NCBI GenBank assembly: GCA_012295275.1
Contig: CM022670.1
Coordinates: 20,150,001-20,214,000 of the forward strand
DNA: 64,000 bases
Reading direction: 5' to 3'
Source of the DNA: Chrysomallon squamiferum
Lineage: Eukaryota > Animalia > Mollusca
The position numbers were made by a program, and so were the translations under genes. Positions within the stretch are counted from its first letter, which is position 1. Each line of letters opens with the position of its first letter. The notes beneath the pieces are model-generated. The model did no database searches, had not been told where the DNA came from, and worked only from the letters and a program-made list of their open reading frames with translations. Below, one piece after another: positions 12,621-26,268 of this stretch.

Positions 12621-15277
12621 TGTTTGTATGCATCTGCATGTGTTTTAATCTCTTTCCCTAGAAGAAAGTCACACAATAAAAATAATGATTATATAAATAA
12701 ATACAGTATAAAATAAAAACAGCAATGATATTAAAATAATAAGAAGAATGTAATTACTACTGCTACTCCTATTAGTCATAACAGTAATAATTCTCAATAA
12801 TAAGAAAAAGTCATTTGAAATCTTAAAATATGGCAAAAAGTTGTGTACAACTATGCTATGGAAACTTGAATGTGAAAAAAACAGCAGCAGCAAAAAAACC
12901 CAAACAAAATGAACAAAAAAATACAAAGAAAAAAAACAGCAACAGAAGCAAAAATGAAATTCAGATATAAAATAAAATACATGTCCATTAAATTACATGT
13001 AATGCAATGTAACAAGCTTTAACATAGAAAATAATAAACAAAAGTGAGAAAAGAAAAGATGCAACAACAAAATAAATAATTTAAACAAAAAAAATATAAT
13101 TTTAAAAAGAGGAAAATAACATTTGCTTATGTAAAATGCTGTTAGCTAACATGTCAAAAACTGTTGTTACTCCATGTTTCAGTGACACAGAAGAATTTTT
13201 TTTTTTTAAAAATCAAAGAGAAAGAGAGCAAGAGAAAGAGATAAAGGGAAAGGGAAAGAGTGAAGGAAAAAGACCACCCCTCTCTTTCCCTGTCTCCCAC
13301 TCTCTATCTTCATGTCTCCCATATCCTATTTTTAACTGTTCAAAGCTTCAGGTGAATCATTTATTGTAAAGTAAATTTATTGTGCAAGATTTCTTTGGGG
13401 TTTTGGGGTTGCTGTATTTTTCATAAAATGAGAAAAATAATAATGAAATTTTGTACCCAAAATGAGAGGAATGTGCTTGTCATGTATAATTATTCCTTTT
13501 TTAAATGAAAAAAAAAGGGAAGAAAAGGTTTATTATTTGAAGAATGCAGTTGATATCAAGGTTTTAACATTTCACAAGGTAATTAATAGTTTATACTGAA
13601 ATTTCTTGCTTGATCATTTTTCATTTTTAAATTCAGCTTCAAAATTAACCAGCCAGTTATTTTAATTTTTAATGGATTTTTATTTAGAAAAATGTAGTAT
13701 CCTTCTTGAATGTTCTTATTAAAATTCTTGCAAAGAACTAATGTGGATTTGCAAATCCTACTCAAAAAATACTGAACATTTGAAGCCAAATATATTTATA
13801 GAATTTTGAAGCTGAATATGTTAATATACTGTCTAACAATTATAAAGATTTTATTAAGAAAAACATGGACTCATTTGTTACTTTTATAAAATGCATATAT
13901 ACATATACACACTACAAATACACAGAAAACCAAACATGCATATTAAACTGACATGCAGAATTTCAGTTTCAGATGCAATTTCATAAATCAATTTCTTTTG
14001 AAACAAATTTATTAGGGCAAATATTCATTAAAGGAAAAATGTATTTGGAAAAATGTATTTGGAAAAATGTATATCTGTTTCACAGTAGTTAGGTGTTATC
14101 TGGCCAGATGGTAATGACATATTGCATTTGTAGATTTCAGTTTTATGTGACAATCATCTCTTGTCACATTAATAGTGTGTAATTTGCAAGTATACTGCAT
14201 AGTGATAATCCTACATGTTGTGATTCCTTAATTTAAAAAAAATAATTGTTTATTCATAAACATGTGTTTGTGTGTGTGTGTGTATATGTGTGTGTGTATA
14301 TGTGTGTGTGTGTGTTTGTGTTTATGTGTATGTGTTTATGTATATGTATTTTTTATAAGTGTTTTATTTGTTTAACAATCGTTTACAAAATAAACACACA
14401 CACATACATGAAATGACTTACATAGATATGAACAAGTACACACAAACAAACATATTTATGACAAAATGACAAAGCATTTTACAAGTGATCACACCAAGCT
14501 GCCTAATCAGGTCAACTTTGACTTGAACTACATGTTGAAGTAATTACAACATGAACTGTTCCACACTGAGCTAATTTGTACTACACAATGATATAATAGG
14601 AACAAATGTGGTATTACATGACAAGTCATGAAATTTGAACACTTAGTATACTTAGTATAATGTAAAACTGTAAATAAACACTATATATAGTATATATAAT
14701 ATCAATTCCTTTTATTTATTGGCTCTTTCTTTTCTTTATTTAGTTTGGTTATGTTTAAAGTTATATTTTGTATTTATTAATTTCTTTTTATTATTATTTT
14801 TTATAATTTTTCTCATTTAAATTTTATTTATTTATTTATTTTATAGAAAAAACCTAAACAAAACAAACTTCAAAAAACAACAACAAAAAAACAAAAAAAA
14901 CAAAAATATTTAGTTTTAATCAACTTTTTGTGTTAACCAGTAAAAGTCGAAAACGTTATTTTAAAATAATAATAATAAAAAAATCATTCATACTTGCAAT
15001 TGCTTGTTGTTGCTTTTTTTGTTTCTGCCTTGATGTTATTTTTTTTTCCTTTCTGTTATTATAATTGAATTTTTGAACACAACTTTTTCTTCAATTTGAA
15101 TTGATATACAAAAATAGATCCAAGCTGTTACACCAGGTCCAGCCCAGATTTTATTGCTCACCAATTTCTTTTTCTTTACCAACAAACTCATTTGATCGTG
15201 GAAGTCTTAAATCCACCAGTTTGTTCTAAATATGATCTTTTACATTACATTATTTTATTAACTTCTCTCACTTATTA

Positions 15278-15375
15278 ATAATAAATAAATAAATTAAAAC
15301 TAATAAATAAATAAATTAAAACTGATAAATAAATAAATTAAAACTGATAAATAAATAAATAAATAAATAAATAAA
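15278..15375. repeat. 22-bp tandem repeat (aataaataaataaattaaaact) x3 grading into (AAAT)n
   Basis: Direct reading. Confidence 0.85.
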
Positions 15376-15899
15376 ATAATAAAGAAAATTAATTAATTAA
15401 TTAATTAAAACAAAATTATTTAGAATAAAAATATTAAAAACATAAAAAATACAGCAAATTAAGTTTATATATACACACATATATATATATATAAACTTAA
15501 AAATACAGTTAATGTTTATTACCCATTGTGATATAATTTCTTAGTCAAGTATTTAATGAGTGAAATCAGTTTAAAGTGTTTGTATAATTATATTTATGTA
15601 AGAAGTTAATTTTTCAGAAAATTATAGACACTAGTAAAAATTAAAAAATGATCATCCATCACACCCTGCTCATTTTACATGTGTTTAAAGTTAAAATAAA
15701 AAAATTAGTTTATATTTAAAATGATCAAACCAGAATAAACACATTAATACGAATATAAAATCACCATGTAATATACATTACGTGCAGAGTATTTTAGTTG
15801 TTATCTTTAAACTCCACCACCTTTACCCCCTTTCTTTCATAACTCATGTAAAATATATCTATGACGTTTAATATTCCTTAAAATATTGTTATGTCCCTA

Positions 15900-15962
15900 C
15901 TGGATAAAGGGGGATAACAGTTAATGGCTTGCCAGTCTTGACACAAACTGCAAGAAAAACAG
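15900..15962 (+). other. Candidate 5'UTR exon (start undefined) of a + strand gene
   Basis: Consensus donor CAG|GTGAGT at 15962/15963 in a GC-elevated patch with GATAA motifs; lies upstream of the 19198 acceptor. Confidence 0.4.
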
Positions 15963-16371
15963 GTGAGTAATATTTGTTATTACACATTCAAATGTGGGTT
16001 AGCTGTTATATCTACTACTTTGTGTTGATAATACATGACAGGATTAACCCCAGCACAACATTGTGATGTCAGTGGTTTTGCTTAATAAAAAACCCCACTG
16101 ATTTTAATCTGGCAGCTAAATGTTTCGCAGGCCCTCACTTGTACAATGTGCCAGTGATATTCATTACTAGGGAGTATATCATTATATATTAATGAGGAAA
16201 GGGTATGAGATTTGCCTTTTTATACCTTTTTCTGTAGCCAGATAAGTAAGGGAAAATGTGTTTTAGTCATCTGGATCTTTCCATTACTTAATAAAGAAGT
16301 GAAGATATATATTTCTTTTGTTATGATTTCCATATACCAGATTAACTGGGATTTGCTGAATACTGTTTATT

Positions 16372-16403
<32 letters not shown>

Positions 16404-17809
16404 TTGTTATTGTTTTATCAAAGTTTATTCTGTAGGACAGATTATTTGTTCTTACTAAAGGGACATAACTGCTATATTTGATGTTGTCATAGATTTTATC
16501 TTCTTTAGTGAATATGATAAATTTTATCCAATTCCTGCCTGGTCTCTTGAATTGTAATATTAAACATATTGGATTTACTTTTAGTGAATATTTTACAAGA
16601 AAAGAAATTAACAAAGGTATAAGAAATAAGTTTTAAATAACTTATTTTGTATTTTATTCTTTATTCGAATTCTGGTTACCTTTTTTTCTTTCAAATTTTA
16701 TAATTTTCTCTTCCTTTCATTCACGCATTTTCTTTCTCTTGTTTTTCCTCTCTTTCTTTCCTGTTAATGCTTTTTCATTTGAAATATGTCCCATTTATTC
16801 TCTTTCTACAATTTTTTTTTTCTGCAGTTTGTTTCTCATTCAGTCTTCTAACACTCCCTTCTTTTCTTATAGATCTCTTTGTCTTGTTTTCTCATATCTC
16901 CTCTCTTCTTCTCATTTCACAATCGCCTTGACTTTCATTTCTCCCCCTTGATTTTTTCTCTCTCTCTTTCTAACCTGATAACATCAAAACCTTTCCATTT
17001 GAAATATTTTTATAGTTGAAACCTGAGAATTCATGAAGGTTATCCCGTTCTTTTTTCATTTCTTTTTCTAAAACTAACAACAACTCTTTTCTTTCTTTTT
17101 TTATGAATTTTTTTTTTCTTAATGGAAAGTCAGAGATAGTCCATTCATACTAACAAAGATAAGATGTCCACCTGTATGATATTAATTTTTTATCTGTGAT
17201 AGATTGGTTCATCAGAACATTTTACACCAAAGAAAACAAGTTATGCCTGAATTAACATTAGTACAATCTAAAAGCCATCAAAAAACAAATCATCACAGTG
17301 CTTTATCAGACATATTAAATATTTTAATTTCTGATGTTGATTATAAAAATAATATATTAATAATTATAAAAAGTAAAAAATTAATTACTGCATTATTCAT
17401 AAAAGGAATTAATAAATATTTCTTTAGCAAAATAATTTTTTTTCAAAAATATTTTTTTATATATTGATGTTTTGAGAATGAAACCTCCAAGCATTTGTCC
17501 ATGGATTATTTATCCATTTAGCAAGAAAATCTATCTTATATTTACATTCCCACAGAGTGGAAAGCAAATACCTTTATCTTTGATTAACCCAGTCATGGTT
17601 ATGGCTGGAACTGAAAAAAATCTAAAAGGAAGATTGGCATGTCTATAAGTGGAAAGCTACTTTCAATCCCCATATGTTTGTAGTTGATGAATTAAAATAA
17701 AAATGTTGCCTTGTAAATACACAAAGTTGCAGCAATATGAACAAATTTCATAATTTTAATATTTTTGCCACCAGTCACATAATGTGAATGATATATGAAG
17801 ATGGGCCAG

Positions 17810-18800
17810 TTGGTTGTCATGGTTTAAGCATTCTTGCTGTCAGTCACGATACTTGCTGACATGACATCAGTGCTAATCAGATGTCACAATTGAAAAATTC
17901 TTGTTGTTACATTTATAATCACTATAGCAGTGACAAATCAAATAATCATTACAGATGCCCTCATTTAAGCATTATTGTTAGTGACATCTAATAATAATGA
18001 GATATCATTATTTAAACATTTCTGACATCCATTACTGTAACAGTGACATCAAGTAATGGCAATCGTATCACACTTTAAGAATTCTTCATAGCTTTCACAT
18101 ATTTGCTATAGGTGTTAGATAATTTAGTAATAGTAATTATATGGTCACTTTTACAGTGACATCAAGTAATGAAAATAACCACTACTATAGACTCATAACA
18201 AGTTGTAATTACTTGTCAAAAGTTGTGTTCTTGCTGTCGTTTATATATCAGTATGTGCAACGTATCAGTTAATGTAAATTACATAGTAACTATTATAATA
18301 ACTCATCAAATAAAATAAATACATTGTAACTTGTGTTACTGCTGTCATATAATGTAATTGTAGATGTAACATTTCAAGTAATGGTAATTACACATCATTT
18401 GTGTTGTTGCTGTCATATATGTAAATGTTGGTCACATATCTAATAATGATAATTACATGTTACAGTTTGTGTTGTTGCTGTAATCTATGTAATTGTGGGT
18501 GAGACATATTAAGTAATGATAATTACAAACAGTGTTGTTGCTGTCATGTATGTATAACTGTTGGTGTGATGTATCAAGTAATGATTAATTACATGTCACT
18601 GATTATATTGTTGCTGTCATGTGTGTAATTGTAGATGTGACATATTTTAAGTAATGATCACATATCACAATTTGTGTTGTTGCTGTCATGTATATATTTG
18701 TATGTATGACATATCAAATAAGTACATGTCACAATTTGTATTTTTTCTGTTACGTATGTGACTCTAGAGATGACATATCAAGTAATCAGCTCACAATTTT
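17810..18800. repeat. Degenerate minisatellite array (about 55-bp units then about 68-bp units)
   Basis: Recurring ttgtgttgttgctgtca...gacatatcaagtaatgataattaca units near 18223, 18331, 18399, 18467, 18532, 18603, 18672 and 18737; upstream units share cagtgacatcaagtaatg (18041, 18154). Confidence 0.85.
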
Positions 18801-19277
18801 ATGCAGTTTTATTATCATTCATTTAATCAAGATAATAGTGAGAAGATGAAATACTCCTATCAGGCATCACTGTTTAAGTATTCAAAACCTATTGCAGCTA
18901 TAAATATAATAGACTTAAATCTTATTAAACTCTATTATCTTTGTAAAATATTATAAAAATGCAGAAATTTAGTGCAACAGAGGGACAGCATGTTCACATT
19001 CATTATTATGAATTAATCTTTAAATAATTATTACACTAAATGTTTAAAATTGGCAGCTTTAATATTTTACCTGGACTGTTAACTATGATATAAAATCTGC
19101 ACACATGTAACAACTGTTGTATAGAACCCATATTGAAGAATATGATGAAATACTGTTATTATTGTTATTATTAATTTTATTTAATTTTTTTTTTAAGACA
19201 TGATGGCTGACTGAACTGGATGAGAAGAAAGAGTGAATGCTTTGACAGGAAGTGAGCACTGTACGTGCTGTCTTGTC

Positions 19278-19337
19278 ATGGAGGAGATTATAGAGAAAAA
19301 GCGATCCATGTCGCCTGATCCAGCCACAGACTTGGAG
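19278..19337 (+). CDS. Candidate first coding segment MEEIIEKKRSMSPDPATDLE (within exon 19198-19337) of an unidentified large gene
   Basis: Acceptor with long T tract + aAG at 19197; all frames close right after it; ATG in good context gtcATGg; 20 codons to phase-0 donor GAG|GTAGGT; peptide has natural composition. Confidence 0.5.
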
Positions 19338-21243
19338 GTAGGTGCCACGGACATTTCACACATCATTCTGCTGTTACGTGTAAATCTACATTTCACAGAA
19401 ATGTTTTAAAGAAATTGTTTCAATCCATAAATTTTACTATGAAACATATTTATGTGTGGATGTCAAAATAGTATAAAATGATTGCATAAAAGTACACTAA
19501 TTCAGTCTTGAACCAAAAGCACTTTTTATTTCTTTTGCATTGTACTTAAACACATTTTATTGACCGTATCTTTTTTTGTGGTCAAAATTAATCATAAACA
19601 TTTTGATTTAACCCACCACCATACCATTCAAGCAAAAATTTACATACTAATGCATAATTTCTTTTGTCTTAAAGAAAAATCCAGAAAAGGGAAAAAACAA
19701 TGTAACCTTCATTTCTTTCAATTTATTGACTCAAGTCAAATGAGTACTGCTTGAGAATGAAGAACCAAATGAATGTTTAAGAACATCTCAGCACATTTTA
19801 TAAAAAGAAAATTTATAAAGCTTATTACACTTTCTTTTAACATATACATTATCATCATCATCATCATCATCATCATTTGTTTTATTAATTTTAAATTTTT
19901 TTTGTCTTTTGAATTAACTTGAAGTGCACAATGAAGAATTATATATCTCAGTTTGAACCTGTCTTTTGAAAATAAAAATGAAGAGAACATTTTTCAATTT
20001 TACACACGATATAATAAAAATACAAGCTGTCTTCATGTTAGATGTAATCTTATTGATAAGCAGCAGGGGATCTTGTACATTTACCTTCCCACAAACATGA
20101 AAGAAACACATACCACGGCTTTAGATAAATCAGTCATAGTACATTGATAGTAAAGAAAAATAGGCCTATGTTTGAATATGGCTTGAAGGTTTTAGGCCAG
20201 TAATCCCAGATTTTTTTATAATCAGAATATCAGGTGTTATCCAGACTTTAGATATAAAAAAGAAAAAAAAAAGGAAAAAAAGATTTTGAAAGAAAAAAGA
20301 CGAAAATCACTGTTCCAGCAACCTGTTTTTCATTATAGACATTTACAGGTGCATGAAACCTTACCTCACCTTTATCATTTTGCATCCAGATGTTTAAGAA
20401 GTAATGCATTGAAATAACAAATTTATTGCTGCCTTACCTGTAATCAGGTTACTACCAGTGTGTATCTATTTCTTACTTTTATTACAAGAAGAAGTAGAAA
20501 ACAATGGCCAGGATGTCAGTTTGACCACATGATTTTTTTTTTTTTTTGACTTCTGTGTCTTTGTCAAGGAATGTCATAGTTGATAATGAAAGAATTTGTG
20601 TTCAGTTCACCTGGTAAGAATAGTGGTCTCTGACAAACATTAAAATCATCAAGTGGAAATTAAGTAGGATATATATTTTAACAGCAGTTGTAAAAAGAAG
20701 ATTTAAAAATACAGACACACGTATGGATATGACAGACTGACTTTAAGGGTACACTGATAAATAAATAAAAGGAAGAAGTAATAGTAATAATAATAATCAT
20801 AATAATAATAATATACAATCATAAATGAATGTAACCAAACACATACACATACAGACACACAACAAACACACACACACACACACTGTCAAATATACACACA
20901 TATGCACTCATATACACACATTCACACTCACACATACATACAGCCCATACAGATTTCTTAGCGTTATATAATTAAACCTTTCCTTCCCACAAGAGGTTAT
21001 TTACTTAATTATTGACCATTTACCTAATATTGTTTTGTGTCATTAAACATTAACTTATTCACATATTTCAATATTGACATAATTATTGACTAAACAATCC
21101 ATGTCAAGAATTTTATTTGTAGGCAGCCTAATTTATGCATAATAATGCAGATGAAATCGATATATAACAAACTGATTATATATATTGTGGTTTATTTATT
21201 TATTTATTTATAAAGTTTTTTAAAATTTATAATTATAAAACCA

Positions 21244-21245
<2 letters not shown>

Positions 21246-21292
<47 letters not shown>
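21246..21292. repeat. (TA)n microsatellite with inverted flanks
   Basis: aaaaccag..(TA)n..ctggtttt. Confidence 0.95.
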
Positions 21293-21293
<1 letters not shown>

Positions 21294-21309
21294 TGGTTTT
21301 TACAAACAC

Positions 21310-21605
21310 AACAGTAATATTAATAGCAATATTAGTAATTATTGTTGTAGTAGTAGCAGTAGTTGTAGTCATAGTAATAGTAATAACAGTAGTGTTAGAA
21401 GTAATAAAGGAAACAGTCTGTAAAAATTTAAACAGTAAAAGATATTGTGTGATGTTTCTGCTGTTTTTTCTAACATTATAAATAACAAGTTATTATTATC
21501 ATTATCATCATCACCATTATTTCTACTGATGCTATTGCTTTTACTGTTACTACTACTACTACTACTATTACTTTTGTGTCTGCTACTGCTACAACTACTT
21601 TTGTT
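21310..21605. repeat. Mosaic trinucleotide low-complexity tract (TAG/TAA/CAT/CTA)
   Basis: Direct reading; explains the poly-Leu/Ser ORFs at 21369 and 21445. Confidence 0.85.
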
Positions 21606-24600
21606 AATATCACGAAAGTTTGCCTTTAGGAACAACAAAGGGAGACCATCCTTGCAGCTCTGGTCGTCTGCATTACCAGAAATGTCAACCTTTTTTCCTC
21701 ATAATTTAAGAGTTTAATACAGATTATTTACAATGGACAATATTAAGTTCTTTACAGTATTTATGTTCAATTGAAATTGGTTTGTCAGTTTACAGTAGTA
21801 ACAGTTTTGGGCTATAATTATGTATGTTAAAAGTTTTCTATAATTTATGATGTTAAAATATTGTAAAATATTGTAAATATAACACATTTTTGGTGTTCTG
21901 TAAATGAATAGTAATAAATGTGTGCATATGTGTTTATATTCTTATATATATATGAATGGAGATATACACGTGTGGTGCTGTGTGTGTTTATCTGACATTT
22001 AAAGATACCAATTTATTTTCACCTATTCATCTACATAACCATTCATACAAGTCCCCTTAATCATGATGTGAATATGCATATCTACATCTATAACTATGTT
22101 GATGTCTCCTTATGTATCCATCCATCTATTCATTCATCCATCAGTCTCTTTTTCCACTCAGATATTTCTTCCACCAATTTATCCATCCATCCATATACAT
22201 ATCTATCCATCACATACCTATATAATTATTTTTTCCCCACATTATTAAATCTAGCCTTGGTTGAAAACAATTTCTCTAAACTTGCCAAACAGTATCTGTG
22301 TCGAAAGCTCATCCTTTTACTGTATTTGTCATTCTTTGCATATTTCTGTCACCACTTGATGGCCAGGTAGATCACAGGTGTAAACAATAAAATGTGACAG
22401 TGATCTAGAAAGACATGTCGGGTGTCACGGCTGGGAGTGACACATTGGTTTGTGATGTCTTGTTGTACCTGACAAATAACACTGTTTGTAATTTGCTGTG
22501 TAAAGAAAACTAATCACTGGTAGTGTAGTAGTAACAAGTATTTAACAGGAGATAGACGATGACAATGACTACTGAAACAGTAATTATAAAGAAATTGTGA
22601 TGGTAATAGTAATAATAATAAAAAAAAAAAATTTGCATTATTTATGTTTGGAAAGACAGCTGGTTGTTTATGTTTAAATAAATAATCAGATGATGATTTT
22701 GATACGTTTTTTTTCTCATATATTTTGTGTTTGTTACAGGTCTCTGTATGTTTCACTCTGTCTCTGGATGTTCTTGTGTATATATTTGTAAATATATAAA
22801 TATAAATATTGTAATGTATTATCTTTTTAACATTTTCAATATTGTTAATAAACCATTGTTAAATAATACTGCCAAATCTACCACATTTTAACATAGTTAT
22901 TTAATTCTAGGACCACTTCTTCTGATTCAGTAATACTTAATTTTCCATCATATATTTTATTAATATTTTGGTTTATAAATTTTATGTTAGAAATTATTTA
23001 TTATATTTACTGTACATTAGACTTTTTTTCAGTTTAATATAATTATTATTTTAATATTTAGGCACTGTTTTTACAGAGATAGCTATGTAAATTTTTTTTT
23101 AAAAAACAACAACAGCAACCCCCCCAAAAAAAAAAAATTTTTGTGCATGGTGTATAAGTTTGTAACTAGTTTAATTATATGTATGTTATTTAAGTAATAA
23201 CAAAAAAATTAATCATCATAAGATACATGATACAAGTAAAGTATTTTTGTTTTAGCCACAGTGTAATTTTTATTTTATTTTTTTTTAATTTAAAAGCAAT
23301 GAGTTTATTAAGATATGTAATAAATGTGTCTGCTACCTGTGTACATGATAGTCTGGATTTTTTTTACTTTTTTATTAATTTATCTGCAAACAACATGGAC
23401 ATCTGCACTTTAAACACATTCTTTTTTTATTGAATTGATCCACAGATTTGAATGTATCCAATGATAACAGTAATTAGAGACAGGTTTTCACTGTTAACTT
23501 TAAAACATTTATTGAGCTCCAGTGTTCTGTAACGTATTAACCACCACGATGAATCTGCCTTTGATGATGGCATGTTACGCTTCAGGAATGACTTTGAGAA
23601 CAATGGCCAGGGGATGCTACCCAGGTAGTTTATATCTGAATTGCCTGACACTGAACTGCCAGGCTTTCCACACATTCCCACGGTTTTTTACCAAGCCCAG
23701 GCCAGACCAGAGCTGTTTGTTTCACCCCCTCCCCTGCGACCACTGGAATTAGCAGCAGCTTGCCACGCCAAGAAAACATAACTCACCAGCCGTTGTCAGT
23801 TTATACTTGCAGGTAATTGTCTGCCAGCAAAATATCCTGTCTTGTCCAGGCTTGTTCCATTATTTATGGCAATGCATTACCATCATTATTTGGCAATTTT
23901 GATGTTTTTCTTTTCAATGTTGCACCCATTTTCTACTTTCCTTTTCTTTCTCACATTCTCTTTCTTTTTTATCTCAAAAAACCTCAACTGATAATTTTTT
24001 TGGTTTTGTTTTGTTAAAGATTGAAAAAATAATCTACATATTGATTTATTTCTGTAAACCAGCTTCCTCTTCCAGTTGATTTCTTCTTCATAAAACCCCC
24101 AGCTTCCATGTGTCCACAGTGATTTCCCATCTTTATTCTTGTGTCTTTCTGCATTATTAATTTATCTTGATTATTAATATCTCCACTCTGTTAATATAGT
24201 CCCACCTCTGTTTACTCGTCTGTATCTTCCCACCTTGATATATACTCACATCGTTTTTCACCACATTTCTGTATCTGCCTCTTATCTCTTTTCCAGCTTC
24301 ATCTTTTCTGTATTTTCCTGTTATTAACCCCAGTTCTCTTTCTACTATATTTTAATTTTCATCCACCTATCCCATCTGTATCTTCCACATCTCCAACAGT
24401 CTCCCTGCCTGTTAAATCTGGGTGGGAAGGCTGAAAGTGTAAATAATAACATCAATCAATACCAGACACTACTAACTTCATTTTTCTCTCCATTTAGGTT
24501 ACACTTTTGGTAATGATAATTCTTTAACTTTTGTTCTTTTTTTTTCTTCTTAAAAATGCAAACTGGTGTAAAATCTTTTTTTTTTTTTTTTTTTTAATTT

Positions 24601-26212
24601 CCCTCTTCTGTTGAGATAGAACAAGATCTATTACACATAAATATTCAGCAGTGGGAACATAATGGTAATAAAACAAATTAAATCATGGACAAGGACAGAG
24701 AGAAAAAAAAGGGAATAATCAACAATACACTGAACAACCCACAAGTAATACCATATCTGTTCTCACTTTATTTACATATATATTACTCTTTTCAGCTGTG
24801 GGTGCGACATAAATTTAACATTTTCGATTGTCTTATCTTTGGTATGTTCTGTCCCACTGACATTGTTAAAATGGTTTAGTTGGCATGGTGACTGACTTTT
24901 GGATCTGGTTATTATTGCATTTAAATTTAGAAAATTAGTACAGCTATAACTCAGACCTGTTGTAAAAATGTGTTATTAAAAGATTACAAATTTGCATTTT
25001 TTTTTGTTAAAAAATTTCAGTTTTGTTTTTAAATATCTTTTCAGTTTTTATTTTATAAAATTTCTTTGCCTTTTATTTTTGTTTTTATAAATTATGTTAA
25101 TATTTTTAAAATTTTAAATAATTTTTTTTTTATAATGTTTTTCAGTTTTTTGTTTCAATTTACATTATTTTTTAAATTTTCCTGAAAGTAAATAAATTGA
25201 ATGCCATTAAACTTTTATTTTGCTTTCATTATTTTTAATTTAATGGTTGTGTTTCTCTCTTTTTTAACCTTTGTTCTTTACAAAAATAATTAATTTGAAT
25301 TTCATGAATGTTTTATTTCTAATTATTTCTACATTTTTTTACATCTTTTTTTTATTTTTTTTTTATTATTATTTTTTTTTAACTTTTGTTATGCATACTG
25401 TTCTTTATTTTTAAAATTTTATGTTTTTTCTTAAGTTATAGCATTCTTTATAGCTCTCTTAATTTCTTTTCTTTCTTAAGACTTTTTTTTTCACTTAAAA
25501 TGTTTCTCCTGTTTTTGTTGTTATAATTTTTGTCCTAACTTTAACCTGCAGAAGAAACAAAAAGCAAAATAATTTGATTAACCAACTTTTACTGTATTCT
25601 AAAACATAGATTAAATGAAAACAGCTCTGAATTGAGATAGAATGTTTGTTCCACTTGCAGCAGGTTGAATGATCAGTACTGTTCTGAGTGTCATGTTAAT
25701 GTCTTCCCATTTCAAACAGTACTGCCTTTCATACTGATGTACAGCCAGCATTGTCCATGATTTCATATAGTACATGCAAAAGATACCTTGCTGCTGTCTG
25801 GTGAAAAATAGTCCTTGCTGTGACAGTTAGTTCTTTTCTCATATTAATCAGTAAAATAAAACTTTTTCTTGAAACTATCAGTTTCTGTTAGGGTTAATAA
25901 TATCTGGAGAAAAAAAAAAAGGACAAAAAAAAAAAAAAAAAAATTGTGTTCTTCTATTAGGTTGTATACATGAATGTTTGTTTAACAACACATTTTATAT
26001 TAATGTTTTATGAGGTGTCACTTGTAAATGATTATAAATTACCCACATTACGGTTATTCTTGCCAATTATTTGCATTTTCTTTAAAAATAACTAAACACA
26101 TAATTATGAGTGCCTTTTGTATTACAGTGAGTCATGGCACAACTGTTTCGAATGAAAAATAGCCTTTGGATTTGTTCCACAATTTTCATATTTACAGATT
26201 TTACCTGACAAA

Positions 26213-26214
<2 letters not shown>

Positions 26215-26267
<53 letters not shown>
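26215..26267. repeat. (TA)n microsatellite
   Basis: Direct reading. Confidence 0.95.

Positions 26268-26268
<1 letters not shown>

Noticed and set aside
18200-18800. CRISPR-like periodicity (~68 bp)
   Set aside because: Whole units are mutually similar with no unique spacers, repeats are degenerate, there are no cas genes, and the context is eukaryotic.
20375-20445. Two strong - strand donors (GAG|GTAAGG, CAG|GTAAGG)
   Set aside because: No matching acceptor or open frame upstream; isolated donor consensus words are common by chance.
21369-21717. Poly-Leu/poly-Ser ORFs resembling membrane or signal peptides
   Set aside because: Trinucleotide low-complexity DNA.
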